A stretch of 64,000 nucleotides of DNA. Source: Vitrella brassicaformis CCMP3155. Lineage: Eukaryota; Protista; Chromerida. Location: assembly GCA_001179505.1 (NCBI GenBank), contig CDMY01000345.1, positions 45,776 through 109,775 on the forward strand, in the 5' to 3' direction. The notes beneath the pieces were generated by a model. The model did not search any database, was not told the origin of the DNA, and worked only from the letters and a program-made list of their open reading frames with translations. The position numbers and the translations under genes were made by a program. This document shows, piece after piece, positions 1-11,702 of the stretch (positions within the stretch are counted from its first letter, which is position 1; every line of letters begins with the position of its first letter).

Positions 1-704
1 CACCTCGATGTACCTCCGGCGCTCGTCGACGGGGATCTTGGTCGCATTCGAAAAGTGCCCGGCCAGCGAGAAGTGCCAGGTCTCTCCGGACCAGTACACC
101 CTGTAGTCTTCGGGCACGGCGGGGAGGTAGAGGCCGGTCCCGACGAAGGCGCCAAAGACGTAATCGTCCTTGCGGATGAGAAACACCAGGCCGTCCTTGG
201 TGTTGACCCTTCGCAGCATGTTGCTGTAGCTGCTCCCGTGCACAGACGACCTACAGGTCAGTCACAGTCACACAGACACACACACAGCTGGTCAATGCCT
301 CCTCTGGTCGATGTGTGTGTGCGTGTTGCCTGGCTGCCTACACAGATCACATCACATGTGCTTGTGCACACCTGTAGACCGATTCGACGCGCGTTTCGTT
401 GACCAGCAGGCGACGCAGGTCGTCATACTCCGACTGCGACAGGGAGGAGCCAACCGGCACACGGTCAACTGCCTGCACACGACGAACCTACAGGCAAGGC
501 AAGGCAAGGCAAGGCAAGGCCAATCAACACACACGTGAGCGCCATTTGAAGGGGGGAGTGCACCACAGCAAGATCTGGCCAGATCACGGGTGTGTGCGCT
601 TGCATGGTACACACCTGTGGACGACACGCCACGAAGGGGGTGAGGGTAAGGACGAGGGTGAGGGAGAAGGCCAACAGCATGGTGATCTCACGCACAGTCA
701 CCAT
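1..704 (-). CDS. TLDc-like domain protein with N-terminal signal peptide (3' end runs off the window)
   Basis: Spliced reading: MVTVREITMLLAFSLTLVLTLTPFVACRPQ | ..VPVGSSLSQSEYDDLRRLLVNETRVESVY | RSSVHGSSYSNMLRRVNTKDGLVFLIRKDDYVFGAF..ETWHFSLAGHFSNATKI. The YRxSxHG and FGAF motifs are the TLDc signature; the N-terminus is hydrophobic. Confidence 0.75.
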
Positions 705-938
705 GTCGCGTCGAGGGAGGAAGGACGGCTGACGAGTGAGGTAAGTGATGCGGAGGGGCTGAATATCAGAGATCTGGCCTTCACGCGTGGCAGGGGGTGA
801 GGAGGAAGCCGGAAGGGATGGGAGGGGAGAGTGAGGACAGTTTCAAGCGCAGAGCCCTAAGCGTAAAACTTTGTGCCTTCTGTGAAACGCTTTATGCTGC
901 AGCCTAGGCAAGATAACCAACCAACCAACACAGCCGCC

Positions 939-2081
939 ATGTCTGCTGCTGCGTGTGTGTTTGCCCTTCTCCTCGCATGCCCTGCCTCCCTCGTGAGCGT
1001 GTCAGCTCAGGACCTCAGTGCCGTCCAGCAGAACTATAAAGGGGCCTTCGATGGCAAAGTAAGCACAGATCTGGCTCATCATGGGCAACCGCAACCAACA
1101 CGCGGCACAAGAGATGCACGCACTGGTATGTGCTTCCTTTCATCAGCTGCAGTTTGGCTCTTCCCCCTGCCTGCTTGTGGTCGACCTCGTCAACGCATAC
1201 CTGTAACTTGCACTCTCTCTCTTCCCCTCTCTCGGTGTCACTCACTCCCCGTCTGCCTGTCTGTCTGTCTGTTTACGTCCGTGCAGTCGAGAGGGTTCGC
1301 CTTTGTATGCGGCAGAGGGCGGCAAACAGGCCCTAGCAGGCACAGAGCGGCTGCTGACATCGGCCAGGCAGCTGGGCATCCCCGTCGTCTTCACGGCCGT
1401 CAAGTACGCCAAGAAGGCAAACGGCAAAGACGCTGGCGTCTGGTGGCGCAAGGTGCCCGCACTATCGGCTTTCGTCGAAGGACAGGTGGGCACACACACA
1501 CACGCATTTCTTATTAGATGGATACCAGATTAGATACCAGATTAGATGGACACGACCACGATTGTCCTATTTAGAGTAGATGTGAGCTTTCTTTTTGAAT
1601 GCGTGTGTGCAGGAGCTGGCCGAGTTCCCGCCCTCCCTCACTCCGCTGCCGAGTGAGGTCGTGTTGACCAAGCAGTACGCCTCGAGCTACTTCGGGACGT
1701 CGCTGGCCAGCATGCTCACCGCCATGAAGGTCGACACGGTCGTCATCGCAGGCGTCAGCACCTCTGGATGGTCAGTCAGCCAGCCAGGCGGGCAGGCAGC
1801 CGACATGGCTCAGACAGACCAAGCTTGCACCCCTCCCTCTGTGTCGGTCTATGTGTCTTTGTAGCATCCGTGCGACAGCGCTCGACACTCTTCAGAGCGG
1901 CTTTGTTCCAGTGGTGGTGCGTGATGCGGTCGGCGACCGGCGCCCAGAGGTGCACGAGGCCAATCTGTTCGACATACAGGCCAAGTACGGGGAGGTTCGC
2001 ATGGCTGATCAAGTGCTGGCGTACTTCGAACAGGTGGCCGGCACCAAGAAGGCGCCGCCCACACGAGCAGAGGAGCTGTGA
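939..2081 (+). CDS. Isochorismatase-like cysteine hydrolase (N-carbamoylsarcosine amidase / maleamate amidohydrolase-like), 5 exons
   Basis: GT-AG splicing yields LLVVDLVNAY..LTKQYASSYFGTSL..IAGVSTSGC|IRATALD..VVRDAVGDR..HEANLFDIQAKY. The Asp-Lys-Cys triad is intact (Cys codon split by an intron). Signal-peptide-like N-terminus; C-terminus AEEL. Confidence 0.92.
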
Positions 2082-2580
2082 GCGGCCGACGTGGTATGAG
2101 CGGTGACTACACGCCATGTATGTATGTGCATGTGTGAGGAATACATTTATGTCCGCGCTGCGTTGATGAGAGCGAATCGAGCAGAGTGGCGAATCAGTCA
2201 GAGAGTGCATAGAGAGTGCATGGCCTGAGTGAGGGGGAAGACGTTTGTCCTGCCTATGAGTGCGAGTCAGTGATAGTGCTTCGAAGACAGGTCACAGGCA
2301 AGCATTTGGAGGAGAGAGGATGCATGTACATGTATTCATCTGTGAGTGAGTCATAAGACAGATGCCCTTTTTCTGGCCATTGTCTGTCGGCCAACTTTAT
2401 TAGTACATCTCGAACAGCGTGTTTTGAGTGGCTCTGCGTTTGTCGTAACGGCCCCTACGACTTACAGCCACCCACATGCGCATATGAATCATCATACACC
2501 ATATTCGGCTTGACCGACAAGCAAACACAGGCAAGTATCAGCCTTGAAAACTACACACTACAAATGACGACACAACTAAT

Positions 2581-4673
2581 CTACACCTGCATGCCTGAAG
2601 CACTCGAACGGACAAGTGAGCATGTACGGTTAAGCGCCACGCCAAGTAAGGCATCAACATCGTCCCGAGATGGCAGAATCCACGCATGGCCATCCTCCTG
2701 CCTCCTCACAAATGCCTTCTCTCCCCGCCCCCCACCCCCTCGCAGCCACACTGACTTGATCTCCATCGACCGCATATCGGGATCGCTGAAGAGGTCGGCC
2801 GCGCCCGGCAGCGGGTTGCCGACTAGAGGCGGCCATACCTCAGTTTCCATCCACTGCTGCCGGCGATCTTTATAGTCGATGAAGGGCTCGTCCTTTCCTG
2901 GCGGTAAGGCGTCGCCGCGGACACACTTGTAGCCCCACACATCGCTCAGCTTGCCATCGTTCTCCACCACGAAGACAAGAAAGTCATATTTGTCCTCGAA
3001 GGCTGCATCAGGCTCAGGCTGATAGAAGAAGACAGTTCGAGGATCCCATATGGATCCTTCAGAGGGAGATTCGCTCCTATCGACAAACGCCTTGACGACA
3101 TCTTCAGTGCTTCTCCACTCCGAGCTGAAGTACCCGCCAAATTTGCAGCCCATCTGCTGTTTGTCGTATTTCACCGGTATCACGAGAGAACGGGGAAGAA
3201 CGTTGCCGACCTGCGGTGGGACCTCGTCAGCATCGCGGGGGCCATGGTGGGTCAGCCTCTCTATTTCGCCTTGCAGCAATCGTAGGAGCACCGCCGCTGC
3301 ACACGGTCCGACCCACTGGCGTCCCTCCTCAGCATGATTGAGCATCCGCAGGCTGCTGGCAACAGCATTCAGCCCCTCACAAAACGACTCGCCAGCTTCC
3401 TCCTTCAAAGCGTCCCATTGCGCCAGCCTCGTGCACATACCGGCCAGATAGCAAGGAGGCACTAAGTATGTTCTCTGCCGCGTCAGTCGTCCTGGCCGTT
3501 TATATGAGGTCCTTTCTTCGTCAAACACATTCAAGAGTGCCGTCCAGTTGCCGATGTCAGGAACTGACCAGCCGAAGGTCGCTTCTCCTTCCATAGCCGT
3601 AGCCAGAAAATCGCATAATACCTCAATCGCTCCAAATATAATCGATGGATTGACACGAGAGACGTTGCCGACTTTGGCCTCCAGAGAGCCACCGTGCTGA
3701 CGCATTTCCCACACTAGTCCAGGAGATCGCCCGGCCCAGCAAATCGTTCCACGAGTCACATTGCTGTCCAGAAGGTGCTCCAGATCCTTTTCCTCGATCA
3801 AAGGCAGCTCTGGCCGAAGCAGGTCACGCCACTTCCGGAACATTGGATCGAGGAAGGAAAGAAAATCGCCGCTGACAGTGGTCGCATTGTTGCGCTCAGT
3901 AAAGACGAAGTGCCGGTCACGACGATTAAGGAAATTGCACTTGAGGTATTCACCCACTTCGCCCTCGGCTTTACAGCGCTCGCCGCCCTCCAGAGTCGCA
4001 AAGCGGTGAAGATCGTCGATAAGCAGCAGACACGAACGATAGCCAAGCCACTCACGCGCGGTGCGTTTGCTGATGGATGCGTGCCTGAGCCACATCGTAA
4101 AGTTCAGCTTGTCGACGTCCACATTGGCTGCCCGTGCGACCCTTGCTCGCGCCTCGTCGGTCGCCGCCGCCCACGCCAGCCGCAGATTGAGTGAGTCGAA
4201 CAACGGCGTAGAGGCGCCTTCGGTGTCTAAGTGATACTCGGTCTCGTCACCAAAAGAGATGAAGATGGCGGGGATGCCCTCATGCCGCAGCTTCTTGGAC
4301 AGCTCTTTCAGCATCCTGGTCTTGCCAGCCCCTTGGAAGCCGACAAATGACATTGGCATCACTCGCGAGCTCGACGAGTCCATCCTCCCGTACTCGCGCA
4401 GCAGCAGCGAATAGGCCTTCTCGACATAGTCGCTCCCAATGAACACCTCAGGCTCTGTCGTCAAGTCCACTCGAGGGAGCGGCACGTCAGCAGTGGGCAA
4501 CAGATCATCCACTGTCAGCTCCACGCGACCTGCAGACGAAAGTGACACACCAGACAAGATGAATCTGCTGCCTGGTCGTCAATGGGGAGATGAACGTGTC
4601 ACGAACCGTCTGCTTCTTGTGGCCTTTTGTGTGCCTGCTGGTCTTGTGTCTCGAACTCCTGTGGCCTCTTCAT
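2581..4673 (-). CDS. P-loop NTPase plus C-terminal restriction-endonuclease-like fold protein (Crinkler/RHS-type-like), copy 1
   Basis: Long exon with Walker A GFQGAGKT and Walker B LLIDD, and a C-terminal KYDFLVF..VWGYKC segment. A short first exon MKRPQEFETQDQQAHKRPQEAD joins through a 77-nt GT-AG intron (4530-4606) that is conserved in the paralog at 36.7-38.8 kb. Confidence 0.75.
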
Positions 4674-4900
4674 GGCTGTCACGGGATGTGCTTCCGCGAT
4701 GAATCAAACCGCGCGGCGAGATGAAAAGCGATGAACCTGCAGAAAGGAAGTGCGAGCTTCTCTATTAGCTCGCCGAGGGAAGGGGGCCTGAGTGAACGGG
4801 GATGGTTCGGTTTCGTGCTTAGCGGCTGATACCAGTGAGAAGCTTGAACAGAAATACCGTTCGTGGTGGATAGATCACTCCCACTCATCCATCTGTCGGC

Positions 4901-7900
4901 ATGAGTTCAAGCACCGACAGCCGCACCGAATGGTGGCGCAAACACGCGCCGCAGACCGAGGTAACGCAGCACACACCATACAGACACGCATGGATGCATC
5001 CACAAGCCACCATCCACACGGGCATGTGTGTGTGTGCGTGCGTGCGTGTGTGTGTGTTTGCCTGCATGTTGCTGCACTCATCATTGATCAATCAATCAGG
5101 GCGAGTTGATAGTTCACAAGGCCAAGATCCGGGAGCTCAAGCACGCCCTCATGCAGACCCACCTGCCGCTCCACTCGTCCAGGGATGCAAACAAATGGGA
5201 CGCCATCGCCGACGAGTACGCCGTCCCCGTGCGCGTCCTGGTCATCACTGGGCCGCCTGGGTGCGGCAAGGAGACCACTCTGCGGGTGCTGTGCAGCGAG
5301 ATGGGCATGGCCGTCAAGGATTGGGTCGACATGCCCACTGGCGCCAGTGGCTCGTCGTCGCACTTCTCGCGAGGCAGTGAGGACGACGGCTTCAGTCGCG
5401 AGGAGGGCTTCGAGCATGGCGGGCTGGGCACACAGTTCCTGTCCTTCTTGCAACAGGCGCAGCGGTACGGGTGGATGGATTCGTCAGAGGGAAGGAGAGA
5501 GGGTGGCAGTGAAGTGACAGGTGCGTGCGTGTGTCGGTGTTCATGTTGGTGTGTCAGGTTCCCCCGCATCCCCACCGCCTCCAAGGCGCCGCCCAAGAAG
5601 ACCCCCTCCCAGGGCTCCTCAGTCGACGCCAGCCGGGCCGCCAAGCTCTCCCAACCATCGGTACTGCCGTCCATGCCGGCCAAACGACCACCTGTAGGCG
5701 CAGCGCAACAGCAATGCGGGCCACCCCCTCTCCCTCCCCTTTTGTCTGCATCCATCCCATCGGTCCTGTGTGTGGTGTTGCATGCAATGCAGCAGCGGAT
5801 GTTCCAGCCGCGCATGGCACAGAGGAAGCCCGCCAAGCCACCCGGCCCCTCCCAGCCGTCATCGCAGCAGCAGGCTGGCCTTGGCCCCCCCCAGACGGCC
5901 AAGGCGCCACCACCACCGCCACCACCACCACCGCCGCCGCCCGCTCCCAGCAACAAAGCGGACAAGAAGGGGGCCGCACTGATATCGGCACCGGAGGATG
6001 GCGGCCATGGCGACGACACGACGGCCATGCCGCACGTGACGCTCATCAAGGACTTTCCCTACTCGCTTGTCGACCACTCGCCCGGCTTCGTCGAAAAGAT
6101 GCAGGCCGCCCTCCAGCAGTGTCTGCGGCAGCCCGTCCCCACCAAGCAGCTCGTGACTCGCAAGCCCAAACAGCCCCGCGTGCAGCAGCCGACGTCGCCC
6201 ACAGACAGCGACGAGACCGAGGTCATTCCCATCCCCGACCCTGACGAGGAAATCGTAGCCGTGGGAGGCGGTGAGGTCGGTCTGCAGGAGGCGCCGGAGC
6301 CGGTGGTGCGTCGCCATGTGAACCTGCTGGTGTTCATCCTGACCGAGTCGGCGCGCGACCGGATGCTCATCAACAAGGTGCTGCCGCCCACGCTGTTCAG
6401 TACATCGTCGTTTCACCGCAGTGCGTCGGGTGGGTCGGGCTTCGGGCGGGGGAGGGCGGCGGCGAGCTACCAGCAGCAGCAGACGGCCGACAGTGACGCG
6501 CCGTCTCAGATACAGAAGATCAGGTGAGATGGATGGATGGATGAATAGATGGATGTGCCACATGTGTCATCGGAATGGTGGCTCTGTGTCTGCGTCTGTG
6601 TCTGTGTCTGTGTAGCTTCAATGGCATCCCTCCGGTGACGATGAAGCGTGCGCTGACCGCCATACTCACCGAGGAGGGCATCCCGTCCACCGCCGTCGAC
6701 ACAGAACTCATCGTGGTCAGCCACCATCACACACACCACACACAGACACACAGTGGATCCCTCTCTCTGTCTGTCTGTAGGATGGCTGCAACGGCGACCT
6801 GTTGAATGCGATCAACTCCATCGAGATGGTCTGCATCGGCGCCCACGAGCCACTGGCGCCGCCAACAGCAGCCAAGGGCGGCCGGTCGCGCGCCAAGAGC
6901 AAAGCCAAGGCCAAGGCCAAGGCGGCCGCGCGCAAGAGTGAGGGCCTGGGCGTCGTGGCGGCCACGCAGCGTGACACCAAGTGGGGGCTCTTCCACGCAC
7001 TGGGCAAGTTCCTCTACAACAAGCGCATCCCGCCCGATCCTTCCAACACCGAGGACAGCGACGAGGTGGCCGCCCAGCCACAGCCACAGCCCCAGCCGTC
7101 TGCGTCGGCCTCCCAGGCCTCCATTCAGCTGCCACTGATCATGCACCAGCAGCAACAGCACCAGCCGAAGGGCAACAACGGCAAGCGAAGCGCCCACGAC
7201 GACCAGGAGGATGACATCGACGACATACTCGACGACTTTGACGACGCGCAGCCGTCCAAACGCCCCAAGGTGGAGGAGGCCATCGACCTCACTGACGAGC
7301 ACCAGGACATGCCCATGGCCACATCGGCCGCCATGTCGGCTGCACCGTCCAAGTGGAAGGCTCTCAAGGGGCGCGCCAAGGCCAAGGGCAAGGCCAAGGG
7401 CAAAGCTGCTGGTGGTGGTGGGCGGGGCAAGGGCAAGACTGGCAGCAAGGAGAAGGAGGCGGTGCAGCTGCCGTATGAGTTGCTGTGCGACAAGACCAAG
7501 CGGCCGCGGCTGTACTTCTCGCCGGAGGAGGTCCTCGAGAGCACTGCGTGTGAGGGGGACGCCTTCGTCGAGTGGATCCAGGAGAACTACCCACTCGTAG
7601 GCCGAGACGAAAATATGACAGCAAGCATTCCTTGTCTCAGACGTTTCAGTCATTTCCGTCTGCCTGTCTGTCTTTGTGTGTGACCGATCAGTTCTATGGT
7701 GACATAGAGGACATCAGCAACTGTGCCAGAGAGGTGACGCAAACACGGGTCCGGCCCGGAGCCAGAAGAGGACGCGCAAACACATCTTGCTTCTCAAAGT
7801 GTGTGTAAGGTTGCCTGTGCGTGTGTGTGTGTGTTCCGTCAGATAGCTGAGGCGGACGGCCTGTACGGTCAGTGGCGAGGCGGGGAGGCGGAGCAAGACC

Positions 7901-8980
7901 ACGTAAGTCAGCCACGCCGCCACACAAAGGCCGTCCATCCATCCATCCATCCATTCATTCGGCCATTCATGTGTGTTTGTGTGCAGTCAGCCGCCGTGTC
8001 GAGTGAGTTGAGTCGCTTCGGGAGCATCATTATGAGCAGGGGGGTGAGTGGGGCGGTGCGGTCGACCTACTACGCCGTCATTGTGGGCCGGGCAGTGCTT
8101 GACGCCAACCTGCACCCCACACAGCCGCCCAAAGGCAGACACAGACAGGCAGCAGAGGATGGCGAGTTTGAGGGCTTTGGGGGCGGCGGAGGGGGGGCGG
8201 GGTCGGGGCTGCACCAGCACAAGAAGTGTCCCCGCAAAGAGGTCATCGACGACTGCATCAAGCGCAAAGGGGACATCAAAGGCCACGTCACACGTAAGCA
8301 TCCTTCGACAGATAGAGGCACAGCGAGAGGGACGACAGACAGACAGACAGACAGACAGACGTGTGCGCGCGCGATGGCGTGTTTGTTCTTGTGTGTGTGA
8401 AGGTTTCATTGTGGATGCGCTGAGCCGCGCTGGCCGAGAGCAGCCCGACCAGCAGCAGCAGTTGGTGCCCTGGAACTGGAGCCCTCTGCGCATCGACATG
8501 GTCGTGACGGACGTGCTGCCATACCTTCACCGGGTCATGGAGGCCACACAAGGTGTGTGAGTGAATGGATAGATCAGCAGACACACACACACACTGTGGT
8601 GTACGTGGGGTGGCGCACTCACTCTCTCATCCATATGTGTGTTGGTTGGTCGACCGCTGCCTACAGGGACGTACTTGCCATTGCCCTGCGACTTTCTCAC
8701 CAGTGTGGTCGAGGCCAACGACCTGCCCATCGACCCATCGCACTACACAATGCCCCCTCCCCCTCCCCCTCCCCCGTCCTCCACACACGGTGGCGGTGGC
8801 GGCAAAGGATTCATCGGCATGCCGCCGCCCAACAAGACCAACAAGGGCCGCCCACCTGCAAACATACACTCACAGCAACAGCCGGCAGCAGCAGCAGCAG
8901 CCCCGGACGACGCCGATCTGGACGCCTTGCTGGACGACATTGACAACATAGTAGAGGGGGACGATATCGAGGAGGTCTGA
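4901..8980 (+). CDS. RAD17: RAD17/Rad24 checkpoint clamp-loader subunit, multi-exon with low-complexity insertions
   Basis: EWWRKHAPQTE|GELIVHKAKIRELK; LVITGPPGCGKETTLRVLCSEMGMAVKDW; FLSFL; IKDFP; FNGIPPVTMKRAL; NGDLLNAINSIE; LFHALGKFLYNKR; acidic C-tail DDIDNIVEGDDIEEV*. These follow the Rad17 family motif order. Confidence 0.88.
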
Positions 8981-9170
8981 TGGAGGGAGGGGCGGGCAGA
9001 GGGGAGAGATACAGGCAGACAGACAGACAGAGAGGCATCTTGGTAGCTGTGACCAGCGGGGCCGAGGAGGGCGGAGAGAGAGCCTGTGTGTATGGTAGAT
9101 CTAGCCCATTGATTTGATTGCAGAAACACTTGCATGGCATGGAATATCTACTTTGTGTGTGCGAGTGTCT

Positions 9171-9269
9171 ATGAGGGTGACTCTCCATCGCTCGGCGTTT
9201 CGGCTGGCCGGCCGCCGATTGACAGATGCGATGCGATGCAGATCAGGGACTTTTACAGACAGACCGACC
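9171..9269. repeat. ~100-bp dispersed non-coding repeat (inverted copy at 39018-39121)
   Basis: The reverse complement aligns nearly base for base with 39018-39121 (ggtcggtctgtctgt..tgatctgcatcgcatcgca..tgtcaatcggcggccggcca.ccgaa.cgccgagcgatggagagtcac.ctcat). Confidence 0.9.
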
Positions 9270-9662
9270 TCAAACCCTCTCAGTGAATGCAGTCATCTGA
9301 CCCACCACTTCCCCGACGACGCCCTCCTGTGGGTCAGATGGGCTCTCGAGGGCAATTTACGTGGCCCGCGTCGCCCACTCAGCCCCCCGGCCTTGCCAGA
9401 GGCATCATAGGTGTGCATCTGACACCCGATATCACTGCAAATGACGGCGGGAGAAACTCAAGCTCGCAAATGGATCAGGGAGAGACGGCGAAAATCTGTA
9501 GACGCTGTCTGCGTCTGCCGTCTGTTGACATCCGTTGAGCCTAATCCGATCGCAATCAGTCGATGTTCGTCGATTCGAGATTGTCGAGACACCGTGTCTT
9601 CCGCGTCGTCCACCCCTTCCACCATTCGGAGCGTTGATTGGAGGTACTTACGTTGAGTGAGA

Positions 9663-11669
9663 ATGGCGACCACCAGTGAGGGTCCCTCTATGACCACCGG
9701 CGAGGCCGTCAATCCCGCCGAGCTGACGAGCAACCCCACGATGGCGACTGACACGCACCCCATCGGTGCAGGAGGTGCCGAACTTGCCCAGGGCGGCCAC
9801 ACAGGCTCTGGGCTGACCAACGGGGAGGTCCAGCAGCCCAAGGGCAGCGACCAGCAGTCAGCCGGGGTCGGTGTGGACGGCGAGCAGCGGCCTTCTGCCT
9901 TTGGGTCATCGGCTGCTGCAGGCATGTCGTTCTTCCCCCCGCTGCCCTTCCTGCCCCACTACACGGCCACGGCCGCTGCTGGGGAGTACTCGAACGGAGC
10001 GGCGGCAGGGCTGCCGAGCTTCTACCCTCCCCCTCCCCTGCAGCCGCTCACGCTACCCCTCCCCAATGGGGACGCCACCAGCAGCCAGACGGGAGCAGCA
10101 CTCAGCAGCAGCAGCGGCGCGGCCAAGCGCACCGCGGCTGCGTCGCGCGTCAAGGTGGCGGGAGTTGGTGCTATGGGGGGTGTGGGGGGTGTGAGTGAGA
10201 AGGACCGCCGCCGTCTGCAGATGGCCATCCAGAACGAGGACACCTACGCGCAGATCCTGGCTCGTGTGCTGCTGCGTCAGCTCAAGGAGAAGATGCCGGG
10301 CGGCAACCCCCAGCAGCTGCGCATATCCCTCAAGGGCAAACCCGACCGCTTTGTCGTCAAGTCCGACGACCGCCCCGCCGCGGCCTTCGCCATCCACACG
10401 GGCGTCACGAACGCGCTGCAGCAGGCCATCGACGAGCGCAACACCCGTGCGGCCGCGCTGGAGCTGCCGCCGTGGGACAACTACCAGTCGATTCTGGCGG
10501 TGTCAGCCGACGAAAACGAGCGCAAGAGTGAGGGCGAGGAGGGCGTGGGCGACCCCCTGGCCGGCGACATGTCGCTCTGCCACGGGCTGGAGGAGATCAG
10601 CGGCACCGCCAACGGCGAGGGGGCGGGCGACGCCATCTACCCCTTCTTGCTGCCTGTGGGCAGCAACACCGGTGCGGGCGAGGCCGCTGGTGGTGGGCAG
10701 GGGGGGAGGAACGGCAGCTTGTATGTGAGCGAGACCGAGACGGCCGCCATCCGCACCATGATTCAGGAGATCTCAGGCCGCCTGAGTTCGCTGCTGCCGC
10801 CCAGCCCGTCGAGCTCGCCCCGCCTCGTCATGAAACTCCTCTGGGAGAGCGAGACCCAGTCGCTCATCGCCCAGTACGGCTTCAAGGGCGTCACGGCCGC
10901 CGGTCAGCCATTCCGCCTCACCAGGGCCGCAGAGGTGCCCCGGGTGATGCGCCAGATCATCACGACCCGCAACCAGCTGGCGCAGCGGCTGGGGCAGCCG
11001 CTCATTGAGGGCTTTGACGGCATCCTGGACCAGTTCACCCTCGCCATGAGCGCTCCCAGTGTCACCCATCCCCTCACCCACCACACCACCGGGGGCAGTG
11101 GCGGGGGCACACGGGGCCGCAGGGGGTCAAAGGGCGGCGGGGGGCTGTCGCGGGGGCACAGGCAATTCCCGGCTGGCGCTGTGTGTGGGTACCCGTCGGA
11201 GGGCGGGGGTCTGTTTGAGTCGCTGATGGATTTCCACGCCGACATGCCGCTGAAGGTGGAGCAGATTCACATGGTGGCGGCCACGCTGCTCAAGCAGCTC
11301 GAGAAGCACTACGTGGCCGTGCAGCGGCGGAGGGGCGATGCTGGCGCCATGTTCCCCTTTGGCATCACCTGGGACCCTGTGTAAGCCAAAAGCCAAGCCA
11401 ACAAACCGCACACATGCACTCACACACACACAGGACACAGAGGGGGGAGTGGTTTATGTGTGTTCTGCTGTGTGTGGATGTGTGTGTGGTTCATTCAGTC
11501 GTTGTAGAGTTCGTTGGAAGGTTGGCCACGGCCACTCACGGAAGCACTGCGAGAAGCGCGTGTCGCGCAACGGAGGCGGCGACGGACTGAGAGAGGCCAT
11601 ACAGGCAACACACACACACACACACAGAGGGCAAATACCAGCAACACCATGCCCTCAGCCCCTCTCACC

Positions 11670-11702
<33 letters not shown>

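Noticed and set aside
2581-4673. NTPase-REase paralogs as an autonomous transposon or NLR/STAND receptor
   Set aside because: No TIRs, LTRs or target-site duplications were seen, and there are no LRR/TPR/WD sensor repeats or NB-ARC motifs such as GLPL or MHD.
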